Shown: positions 51,601 through 58,939 of the stretch, piece by piece
Layout: each line of letters begins with the position of its first letter
Position numbering within the stretch: the first letter of the stretch is position 1
Assembly (NCBI GenBank): GCA_028278265.1
Contig: JANQET010000013.1
Coordinates: 10,681 to 74,680, forward strand
Length of the DNA: 64,000 nt
From: Myxococcota bacterium
GTDB taxonomy: Bacteria > Myxococcota_A > Polyangia > JAAYKL01
Direction: 5' to 3'
Translations under genes and position numbers: made by a program
Notes under the pieces: generated by a model
What the model was told of the DNA's origin: nothing
The model's database searches: none
Seen by the model: the letters and a program-made list of their open reading frames with translations, nothing else

Positions 51601-51916
51601 CACCGATGGGGACATAGCCCCAATTCATCCCTTTGACGATGAAATCCCGGCCGTTGACCTGCAGCTTGTAACCGCTTTGATCGTGAACCACGGCAACGGT
51701 TTTGGCGCTACCGGGAGGTGGGGGGGGAGCCTGCTCCTGTGCCTCTTCGGCTGTGGGTTCGGCGGCTTCGGTGTCACCCGCGGCGTCCGGGGGTTGTTCC
51801 GCAGTTTTTTCCGCAGGTTGTTCTGCAGGCTGTTGGGGGTTGTTTTGTGCGTCGGCCAGAGAGACTGCCGGACAGATCAACAAAACAGCGATGAATGGTC
51901 GTAAAAATCGGGGCAT
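48635..51916 (-). CDS. Clan GH-A (GH2/GH158-like) TIM-barrel glycoside hydrolase fused to a predicted outer-membrane beta-barrel
   Basis: Signal peptide and Pro/Gln/Ala/Glu linker. GH motifs MGVNAIR, WLLGNENNY (acid/base), GTNTYRG, LTEFGAD (nucleophile), GGFVFEWSDGWWK and NEEW.G. About 600 C-terminal aa of aromatic amphipathic strands ending in the beta-signal YMNVSF. Confidence 0.82.
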   Translation of the reverse strand: MPRFLRPFIAVLLICPAVSLADAQNNPQQPAEQPAEKTAEQPPDAAGDTEAAEPTAEEAQEQAPPPPPGSAKTVAVVHDQSGYKLQVNGRDFIVKGMNWGYVPIGENYRYDLWSKPDAFIAEVLGRDMTMLKEMGVNAIRVEVGIPAKWITFIYQNWGIFTSVNHLAGRYGFLVNGSTRFQVDYSDPATREAIKADVIAMVEKYKNTPGLLFWLLGNENNYHLLPPNVSKGPQDEATRAAAVHLYTMYNEIIGEIKKRDTNHPAVIANGDLLYIDLIKKHCPNLEILGTNTYRGVSFGDLWLRAQKKLGLPVLLTEFGADAFHAQDKKEDHLSQANYLRWQWADVLEQTHGKGNHGIALGGFVFEWSDGWWKYRQILNLDKHDPAASWAAAGYQFDWKDGTNNMNEEWMGICAKGPSDEQGKYELYPRTAYYVLQEAFALDPYAEGVDVTAIRQHFAKLDPKEKGIKYEAAMANVGVNRLSQMFGVGAQMKFEMIYADGDRSMGEDTPEPPKFDHMESFFLDFEVNPSPQLEGRVSLNVLGNVPTNKIDKLFYESRGTPIEIEDADGNPVMLTDNERIKVYQSELSWDNDYFKLDGYYRTGHYHWGAEGDFFGLYREAFYGENIDIYNASAPFGMVLDAKKALKGLKVAFGPQLYWSANPMVLAKYHRQFGPFSFALMHQEDLTKQEASATARIIPEPKTRKTTLFLGYRKGALGLSLGGIFAGSDKLGEKFVAVRDAKGTGYMGTDYAFLTDEIYLLDTLGAKARLTLDVGPIHWYVQGAYQGLVADGGPDNAAAMVPWTLKADGRGNQFNALTGLRYQLNKFFIAPNVLFQRPLEGALPTDERLRGRLYNGVYYPGIKPRNILDDPFAVLGNRETYGFELVLMYDPTPKTWFWDWDNDEKEDAPFAAALDFVYKIQPTQRDATTAISAEYYIFAFDGAPPAKNEWDGRAKLFFNPAWNLHIVSDLYVGQIQGYRPESRLLTRYGAEARLMWDKLQLHAFVKFNDFGPYDYHRDFDLTFPMQVMGDLSYGMSLPKLFIPYTRLGARYQMRWLDQHSERYPHCIDTIPQCTVAQGEDRLGNEYEFVMYMNVSF

Positions 51917-52010
51917 GATCACACCTGTTGCGGGGTCCATTTTGATTCAACGGGTTAAAGGATTAAAAACGACATGTTACCAGATTTTCAAAAATTGGGA
52001 CTGGGCCCAT

Positions 52011-52058
52011 TTAGTTTGTTCGTTCATCGAACATACTAATTTCGATCACTATTGTCAA
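52011..52058 (-). promoter_or_regulatory. sigma70 promoter overlapped by ROK/XylR-type palindromic operator
   Basis: TTGACA (52058-52053), 17 nt, TATGTT (52035-52030). Palindrome TTAGTTTGTTCG-ttcat-CGAACATACTAA at 52011-52039. Confidence 0.8.
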
Positions 52059-52153
52059 GAGACGAAAGGTCTCGTTGCCGATTCACCTTGAACAGACAAA
52101 AAGGCAGTATACCCAGACCGAAATCCCGGGGCAAGTAACAGGGAGGGGAAGTA

Positions 52154-52723
52154 CTAATACAGGGCGAATGCCACATCCCAAAAGATATCGACGAGTGTTC
52201 CCAAATGGTACCACTGGGTACCGCTGTGGAACCAGGCGTCACCGTCGTCATACACATCCGCGTTGGTGCCGATAACGCCCAGCTTGGTACTTCCGGTGAT
52301 CGACCCATTTGGCCGTATCTCGATCCAGTAGCGATCGAAAGGAGAAACAGCCGTATCGTCGAGCGGAAAACAGAGCAAGTAGTAGAGATTGTCCGCCGGA
52401 AGACTCACGGTCCACGTTTGGAGTGGCAGACCGGTCTCCTCGTGAATCAGCGACACTGTGTGGGGGCCGACCTCCTGTCCCTTTTCACCGATGAAAAACT
52501 GGACGGCCCGCAAGGTGGAGAGGGGAAGGACGAACGTCTGGCCGATTCGTTCATTGCTCCCGCTGATACTGAACATCGCGTTGAGGGTTTGCAGATTGTC
52601 CAACACGGGAACTCCCTCACAGGGATCTGCGTCAGTGTCGGTGTCGGGATCTGTATCCGTATCCGTGTCCGAATCAGTATCGGCGTCCGCGTCGGTTGTC
52701 TTTGTTTTTATAATTGACTTCAT
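52154..52723 (-). CDS. Asp-Thr repeat protein with beta-sandwich domain; lacks a signal peptide (possibly 5'-truncated)
   Basis: MKSIIKTKTT directly followed by (DA/DT/DS)n; IGQTF...YWIEI pattern. Confidence 0.55.
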   Translation of the reverse strand: MKSIIKTKTTDADADTDSDTDTDTDPDTDTDADPCEGVPVLDNLQTLNAMFSISGSNERIGQTFVLPLSTLRAVQFFIGEKGQEVGPHTVSLIHEETGLPLQTWTVSLPADNLYYLLCFPLDDTAVSPFDRYWIEIRPNGSITGSTKLGVIGTNADVYDDGDAWFHSGTQWYHLGTLVDIFWDVAFALY

Positions 52724-52751
52724 TCGAAGATTGGTGGTTTAAACGTAGTGG

Positions 52752-52780
52752 GTATGTTTGTTAAATGGCCGAATAAACGA
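52752..52780. promoter_or_regulatory. Putative autoregulatory operator of the ROK gene
   Basis: GTTTGTT-aaatggccg-AATAAAC (52756-52778), about 20 nt before the ROK start codon. Confidence 0.65.
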
Positions 52781-52797
52781 GAGAAAAGGGGTTAGCT

Positions 52798-54024
52798 TTG
52801 CGAACTGCTGATTCAACTCACATGCGCGCGCTGAACGCCAATTTAATTCTCAAATTGATTTGGAAAGAGAAGAGCATTTCAAGGGCGGAAATCGCACGAC
52901 TCACCGGTTTGGCCCGCTCGACCGTGTCGGAAATTGTCGGTCAGCTGCTCGACCACGGCTTGATCCTCGAGATCGGCACGGCCAAATCGGAGATCGGGCG
53001 TCGGCCGATCATGCTCGTTTTCAACTACGATGCGTTCGGTATCATCGGCATCGACATGGGCGTTACCCATGTGGGGGTGTCAATGGTCAATCTCGGGGGA
53101 GAGGTCAAGTGCTGGCGACAAGTCGAGCACCAGGTTCGGCCGGACCCGCAGGGAACCATCGAGCGCATGAAATCACTGGTTGACGAATGCATCACCGAGA
53201 CCAATTTCAGCCCGGAGCGGCTGGTCGGTATCGGTATCTCCGTACCCAGCCCGGTAGATCCCGGCGATCCGGCGCAATGCCTTTCACCGCTGATTCTGCC
53301 CCATTGGAAGGATTACGATCTGCGGCAGATCTTCGGCCACGCCTACAACACCTCCATTTACGTGGACAACGACGCCAATCTCGGTGCATTGGCAGAGCAT
53401 TGGTGGGGGGCGGGCAAAGGGGGCGAGCACTTGGCGTTCGTCAAAATCGGCTCGGGTATCGGCGCCGGACTGGTCTTCAACGGGGAGATCTATCGCGGCG
53501 CGCGGGGTATGGCGGGCGAGATCGGTCACATGATCATCGATTCCACCGCCTCGCAAACCCTGTTCGGCCACAAGGGCGGACTGGTCACCCTCATCGGATC
53601 CGAAGCCATCGTGGAGAATGTTCAGGCGAGACTGCCCGAGTTTCCCAAGAGCGTGCTCAAGAGCAATGGCGTGAGTGTTCGGGCGGTGGCCGATGCGGCG
53701 CTCGCCGATGATCCCCTGGCCCGCCAGGTCGTTCGCGACGTGGGGTATCACCTGGGTATCGCGGTCGCCAACCTGCTCAATCTGTTCAACCCGTCGATCG
53801 TCGTTCTCGGTGGGGCGATCACCCAAGCCGGTGAGACGCTCATTGAGGACATGAGCGAGGTGGTCAAGGAGCGAACCCTCTGGGAATCGATCTCCGACTC
53901 AAAGCTTCTGATCAGCACCCTCGGCGAGCAGAGCATCTCGGTAGGCGCAGCGACCCAAGTGCTGCACGCCGCCCTGGATGACATGTCGCTCTTCCCACTC
54001 AGCCGCCAAGCCACGCGGCGTTAA
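52798..54024 (+). CDS. ROK family (XylR/NagC-like) transcriptional repressor
   Basis: N-terminal HTH SRAEIARLTGLARSTVSEIV and GRRP; ROK motifs DNDANLGALAE, GSGIGAG and GMAGEIGH. Confidence 0.94.
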   Translation: MRTADSTHMRALNANLILKLIWKEKSISRAEIARLTGLARSTVSEIVGQLLDHGLILEIGTAKSEIGRRPIMLVFNYDAFGIIGIDMGVTHVGVSMVNLGGEVKCWRQVEHQVRPDPQGTIERMKSLVDECITETNFSPERLVGIGISVPSPVDPGDPAQCLSPLILPHWKDYDLRQIFGHAYNTSIYVDNDANLGALAEHWWGAGKGGEHLAFVKIGSGIGAGLVFNGEIYRGARGMAGEIGHMIIDSTASQTLFGHKGGLVTLIGSEAIVENVQARLPEFPKSVLKSNGVSVRAVADAALADDPLARQVVRDVGYHLGIAVANLLNLFNPSIVVLGGAITQAGETLIEDMSEVVKERTLWESISDSKLLISTLGEQSISVGAATQVLHAALDDMSLFPLSRQATRR

Positions 54025-54073
54025 CCATCGGCTATTTCATCGGCTGTTGAGCTTTGTATTTCCTGATTTGACA

Positions 54074-54100
54074 GGGCAACCGCGGGGGGATTGCCCCTAC
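54074..54100 (-). repeat. GTAG-family REP-like palindrome overlapping the GH16 stop codon
   Basis: Minus strand reads GTAG-GGGCAATCCCCCCGCGGTTGCCC. Confidence 0.7.
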
Positions 54101-55089
54101 AGACGTTTTAATACGCGGATGTAGTCGACTTCCATCACCTGGGGAAACTCGGTGCTCGAATCCGGATCACCCACGTAGTTGCCGCCCACGCTGACGTTGA
54201 TATTGATGTAGAAATCGTGGTCGAAGACCCAGTTGCCCTGGGCCGAGATGTTGTTCTCGGTGAAGGTGGAGTACTTGGTACCGTCGACGTACCACATCAC
54301 GCGATCCGCTTCCCATTCAATCGCGAACACGGAAAAACGCTCGGCAAACGTATCGTTGCCCGGCAGGGCGTAGTTGCGTGAGAAGCAGTTCCCACCACTG
54401 TAGCCCGGACCGTGCATGCTGCCGTAGATTCGCCCCGGATCGTTCCCCTTGCACTCCATGATATCGATCTCACCGCAGCCCGGCCAGACCGTGGGGTCCT
54501 GTTGGTACTCGGCGCCAATCATCCAAAACGCGGGCCAGATGCCCTGCCCTTGTGGGAGCTTGATGCGGGCCTCGATGCGACCGTAAGTTGTGGCAAAGGT
54601 CTCTCGGGTGGTCAGGCGGGCCGAGGTGTACTGGCGGCCGCCGAAGTCCTCCCGTCGGGCGATGATCTTGAGTTTGCCGTCCTCGACCTTTACGTTGTAA
54701 CCGCGGCTGGTGTAGAACTGCAGCTCCTGGTTGCCCCAACCGCCGTCGAATCCGGTACCGGTGTCAAAGGACCATTTGTCTTCATCAACTGCTGAGCTAT
54801 TGAATTCATCGTGCCAGGCCAGTTCCCAGCCGTCGGGGATCTCATCGGTGTCGAAATCGTCGTCATCGTCATCCCCGGAAGTATCGTCGTCATCGTCATC
54901 GCCGGTGTCGTTGTCGTCATCGTCGTCGTCTGCGGAATCATCATCATCGTCGGTGCCGGCGTCTTCGTAGGTAAAGTCGCCCTGGCAGCCGAGCGCCCAA
55001 AGAGTGAAGACGAGAAGGAGAAAGCATTGGGCGACTCGGCGCACAGGGGGGAGACTTATAAGCGTGCTAAGATCAGCCATTAAGTTCAT
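54097..55089 (-). CDS. GH16 laminarinase-like (beta-1,3-glucanase) lipoprotein with poly-Asp linker
   Basis: Lipobox ALGC; WHDEF, GWGNQELQFY, YTSARL, GIWPAFWM, WP.CGEIDIME catalytic motif and MEVDYIRV. Confidence 0.93.
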   Translation of the reverse strand: MNLMADLSTLISLPPVRRVAQCFLLLVFTLWALGCQGDFTYEDAGTDDDDDSADDDDDDNDTGDDDDDDTSGDDDDDDFDTDEIPDGWELAWHDEFNSSAVDEDKWSFDTGTGFDGGWGNQELQFYTSRGYNVKVEDGKLKIIARREDFGGRQYTSARLTTRETFATTYGRIEARIKLPQGQGIWPAFWMIGAEYQQDPTVWPGCGEIDIMECKGNDPGRIYGSMHGPGYSGGNCFSRNYALPGNDTFAERFSVFAIEWEADRVMWYVDGTKYSTFTENNISAQGNWVFDHDFYININVSVGGNYVGDPDSSTEFPQVMEVDYIRVLKRL

Positions 55090-55137
55090 TATAACAGACT
55101 AAGTATGACCAATAACTACGAGGGAAGTGCCTCATAA

Positions 55138-55902
55138 CTACTTTTTCCACTGAACATCTTTAATATAGACAATAACCTCGCGTTTTTCCTCGATCTCGGG
55201 TACGGACCAGGCGAAGGCGCCGACAATCGATTCGTACGTCTCTTCAGAGATATCAATCGAGTATTCTTTGGGGGAATCGGTCAGGGTTACCTCATCGTAG
55301 ACCTCGAACGGATCCTCGTGAGGGGGATCCTCAGTGGGATGCTGCATCCCCACGATCAACCGAGCCTCCTGCGGGGCGGTCTCGGCCCAGGCGGTAACGA
55401 CCACTTCAGTGGCGCCCGGTTCAATTTTCATGCCCGGTTCGAGCCCCCAGTTCCCGTTACCAAAGAGCCAGAACACACCGCCCCATTCATCGCCCGTCCA
55501 AGTGAACATGTGGCAGCGGGCGTCATCCGGATCTTCGGGACACTCGTCTGCGCTCATATCGTTTGGACTGCCTCCGGACATAAAGCCCCCATTGTCATAG
55601 TAGTCGCTGACGTAAAACGGCAGCTTGACCACTTCGTCTCCGTCGCTATCGGAATCGCTGTCCGAGTCGGAATCGGAATCGGAGTCGGTATCACCGTCAC
55701 CGTCTGAATCGGCGTCGCTGTCACCGTCGCCGCCGGAGTCCTCACACTCCCCATCGGCGTTGCAGATCTGGCCATCGGCACAATCGGAGTTGTTGTCACA
55801 CCCCTCGCCTGTATCATCTCCGCCGCTGCATCCCAGCGATAGGGCAAACAGCCCCAATATAAAACTGAATAATACGACCAACTGATTTGCCGATTTTTTC
55901 AT
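55138..55902 (-). CDS. Lipoprotein with small Cys-rich module, Asp-Ser linker and CBM-like domain
   Basis: Lipobox SLGC, CDNNSDCADGQICNADGEC, (DS)n, then WGGVFW..NWG..PG and GAFAW aromatic beta-sandwich. Confidence 0.78.
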   Translation of the reverse strand: MKKSANQLVVLFSFILGLFALSLGCSGGDDTGEGCDNNSDCADGQICNADGECEDSGGDGDSDADSDGDGDTDSDSDSDSDSDSDSDGDEVVKLPFYVSDYYDNGGFMSGGSPNDMSADECPEDPDDARCHMFTWTGDEWGGVFWLFGNGNWGLEPGMKIEPGATEVVVTAWAETAPQEARLIVGMQHPTEDPPHEDPFEVYDEVTLTDSPKEYSIDISEETYESIVGAFAWSVPEIEEKREVIVYIKDVQWKK

Positions 55903-56038
55903 GATGTCACCTCTTTTTTATTGGCCCACGTGAGTCTGGCTCAGATGCAATTTTACACTACAACAGCGTTTTGCGCGATACTCGCAGCCATTTGCGCGGT
56001 CATCTGTGCCAATCAATTTGCTCAGCCCGTGCTCAGCA

Positions 56039-56096
56039 TAGTTCGTTTCACAAACGAACTAAATTCATGGTAGGGTATTTTGCCAAAAGTTGTCAA
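56039..56096 (-). promoter_or_regulatory. sigma70 promoter plus downstream ROK/XylR-type operator for the lipoprotein-GH16 pair
   Basis: TTGACA (56096-56091), 18 nt, TACCAT (56072-56067). Perfect-arm palindrome TAGTTCGTTT-cac-AAACGAACTA at 56039-56061. Confidence 0.75.
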
Positions 56097-56394
56097 GTGG
56101 ATTGTAAAAATAAAATACGACACCGTCCGGGCAAAGGGGAGGAAACCTGATCGGTTTTCCCGGACGGTGCCGCTGCCTGATTGGCAGTAGAGACATTCAA
56201 TGAGATAATATGGAAAATAGGGATATAAATCAAGTGGCTTTCGTTAAATTGTTCGCAGTACCAACTAAACCGGTTAATCCACCTTAGCCCCCAAATAAAT
56301 GGTTTGGTTCTCAAACAGATGAATTGGTCCCGATAAAATCCATCGCGACTTCATTGGGACCGACTAGAAACAAATACGGTATTTCTCGATGGGG

Positions 56395-58716
56395 CTAGAA
56401 AACCGATATTAGAACTGCAAGTAGGGACGACTGGCTCAACGGGTCGTGGGACCCGGGGGTCTGGATGCTGCATCCGCCGTCATCGCTGTCTCCATCGTCG
56501 TTATCGTCGTCGTCGTCATCGGCGTCCCCGTCCGCGTCTCCATCGCTGTCCCCGTCACCATCCCCATCACCATCTCCGTCCCCATCACTATCGCTGTCGC
56601 TGTCGCTATCGCTGTCACTGTCGCTATCCGAGTCCGCATCGCTGTCGCTGTCACTGTCACTGTCGCTATCCGAGTCCGCATCACTATCCGCATCGCTGTC
56701 GCTGTCGCTGTCACTATCGCTGTCGCTGTCACTGTCCGAATCGGTGTCCGAATCGGCATCTGCATCCCCCTCGCCCACAATCGGAATCGCCGGATCGCCG
56801 AACAGGTTGGTTTGGTAATAGACCCAGCGCATCACATCCTCGTTGATCCGCGCGATGAAGTCCTCTTTGTGATCGGCGTGCACTTGACCCATGATAGTCA
56901 TTCCCTCACCGAACACCGCATCCCAGAACTGCCGGTGGTACCGGTTGGACGGGCCGTCGATCGACTCGGAGAGGCCAAATCCGTAGCGGGCGTTGAATAC
57001 TACGGCAAAGGCCCCCGCTTCGGCGTGGGTGGTGAAGTACTCGGCCATGCAGTTGCTGGAGTCGAAAGAACCGGGATAGCACCCTTGGGAATAGGCGAAA
57101 AACGGTTTGGAATTGGTCAGGCCGGTCACATCGGAGCCGTTCATCTTCATCACGCCCGAGGTGTTGGCGTGGCCCAAATGGTTGATCCAGGCAAAGGTGT
57201 CTGAGTTCATCTGCTGTTTTAAGGCACTCTTACTCCAGGTTGAATCTTCATCGTACATTGTTTCAGTTGTAAACGAGGGATCAGAATCGAATCCGACTGT
57301 GGTGTAGCCGCACTCGTCCGACCCGTGCACGATTTGCTCCAGCTGACCTTTGGCGTACTCGGCGACCCCACCGAATCCCAAGTGCTCGCCCAGCATCAGG
57401 TGGCCGTGCTTGAACGCCCCGTCCGGGTCCTCGTTTTCAAAAGCGATCGATTTGTTGACCCAATTGGCCACCTGGCCCGCGTCGTCCGCCGCCACTCGGC
57501 CCACATAGACGTCAAACGTCAGATCCACGTCATCCCCATCCGGACCGTCGGTGGGTTCCCCCCATTTGTCGTCTTCGTCCTCGTTGTACGATCCATCGAG
57601 ACAGCCGAAGTAGATATCCGCGGGCATGTTATCGATATACGGGGTAGGTGAATCCGGGTCATTGGCCACCACATAGAGCTGCCGCGCCGGCACGATGTTC
57701 GTATCGCCGACCAACAGCACGTATTCGATGCCCCACGAATTGTATTTGTCGATGATGTAGTTTCTCAGCTTCTCGGCATCGTCCTGCCCGTCGTAGTCGG
57801 ATTTGATCGTCTCCATCGTTTCGATCACGGCCTCAAGGCCGTTGGCGATTTTGTGGTCCTTGAAGTCGGAGATGCTGTTGGCGCCGCTGTTGTTGGCCAA
57901 CGCCTCTGAAGTGACGATGACGTAGCGGGGATCCCCGTCCTGGCGATTGGCGACCAGCGTCCGGTAACTGGCGAGCGTTTGCGGATTTTCCACCCAATCG
58001 GCAACGGGGAACACCGCGCTGGGGTGATGGGCCAGAGCAGTGGGGGCGTCTGCCGCTGCCAACTCCACCTCAAGGGTGAACGAGGTGGTGTAGGAGATCT
58101 GTTGTCTCGCCCCGTTGTACCTCACCGGATACATGTTGACGATCAACAGCGACACACCACGGCGTTTGGGCTTGCCGACCACCTCTACATTGCGTCGGGG
58201 AAACAGGGAGTTGGATTGATAGATCTCCCCCGGAACGGTTTTCGGCGGTGAAAATCCCAACGACAGGGGAACCGGCTCCTGCGCCGGCGCGAGGAGATGC
58301 TGTCCCGGCAGCCGCTTCATCCCCTGGGGAATCATCCTGACCCGCTTGACCGCGCGGCCCGCGGGGATCACCAGGTTGGCTGTGACAAAAGGTATCATCG
58401 GTTGGCCGGCCTTCATTCTCACCGGGGCGTTGCCGACCCCCACCTCTGCCCAAGACTGGTCCCGATGGACAAAGTCGGAGGCGCGCACCTGTGGCGCCGG
58501 AACCGAGTATTGCAGGACCATTTTGCTACGGGTCAGCTGTTGGGTCCGCACCAGAATCGGCCCGGCATTGGCGTTCTGTTCGGCTTGGGTCAGTGACGTC
58601 AACGAACGGACCGGTCGCCAGTCGTCGGCCGAGGCGGCCCGCACGACGGAAACGCTCAGTCCGAGCACGACGAGCATAGACACCAAAAATCGATAATTAT
58701 GCGATTTGCAGGTCAT
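56395..58716 (-). CDS. C25 (gingipain-family) cysteine peptidase with propeptide, Asp-Ser stalk and Cys-containing C-terminal sorting signal
   Basis: Signal peptide, G.P.IP propeptide, YVLLVGD, DIYF..LDG, YVGR, catalytic NHLGH and SQGC, NLFGDPA, (DS)n and GGCS+hydrophobic tail. Confidence 0.9.
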   Translation of the reverse strand: MTCKSHNYRFLVSMLVVLGLSVSVVRAASADDWRPVRSLTSLTQAEQNANAGPILVRTQQLTRSKMVLQYSVPAPQVRASDFVHRDQSWAEVGVGNAPVRMKAGQPMIPFVTANLVIPAGRAVKRVRMIPQGMKRLPGQHLLAPAQEPVPLSLGFSPPKTVPGEIYQSNSLFPRRNVEVVGKPKRRGVSLLIVNMYPVRYNGARQQISYTTSFTLEVELAAADAPTALAHHPSAVFPVADWVENPQTLASYRTLVANRQDGDPRYVIVTSEALANNSGANSISDFKDHKIANGLEAVIETMETIKSDYDGQDDAEKLRNYIIDKYNSWGIEYVLLVGDTNIVPARQLYVVANDPDSPTPYIDNMPADIYFGCLDGSYNEDEDDKWGEPTDGPDGDDVDLTFDVYVGRVAADDAGQVANWVNKSIAFENEDPDGAFKHGHLMLGEHLGFGGVAEYAKGQLEQIVHGSDECGYTTVGFDSDPSFTTETMYDEDSTWSKSALKQQMNSDTFAWINHLGHANTSGVMKMNGSDVTGLTNSKPFFAYSQGCYPGSFDSSNCMAEYFTTHAEAGAFAVVFNARYGFGLSESIDGPSNRYHRQFWDAVFGEGMTIMGQVHADHKEDFIARINEDVMRWVYYQTNLFGDPAIPIVGEGDADADSDTDSDSDSDSDSDSDSDSDADSDADSDSDSDSDSDSDADSDSDSDSDSDSDSDSDGDGDGDGDGDGDSDGDADGDADDDDDDNDDGDSDDGGCSIQTPGSHDPLSQSSLLAVLISVF
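56478..56766 (-). repeat. Coding low-complexity Asp-Ser/Asp-Gly/Asp-Ala dipeptide repeat
   Basis: Hexamer repeats (gacagc/gacagt/gatagc) inside the C25 gene. Confidence 0.9.
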
Positions 58717-58939
58717 GGTTACCCCTCACTTTGTCAGGAGATGGTTGAATGTAGTGTGGTACATGATCATTACATCATACCGCTTTGTAATAAGACCATC
58801 TTTTCAATTTAGTGTCAAACGAACGTTTTTTTATTCAATCAATCTGATTTGTAAAATGGTACTTCCATCATAAAATTCCGGTGATTTGTTCAATGTCTGT
58901 CAGGGTGACAAAAACCGCCCATCTTGTTATGGAATCGAC

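Noticed and set aside
56324-56363. Imperfect inverted repeat TTGGTCCCGAT...ATTGGGACCGA downstream of the C25 gene
   Set aside because: Large loop, no U-tract and single copy; cannot be called a terminator or REP with confidence.
56478-56766. Regular repeats that could be mistaken for a CRISPR array or satellite
   Set aside because: They are hexamer codon repeats within an ORF, with no unique spacers and no cas genes in the window.
58810-58832. GTTCGTT half-site (minus strand) near the C25 promoter as a sixth ROK operator
   Set aside because: No convincing second arm at N5 or N9 spacing.
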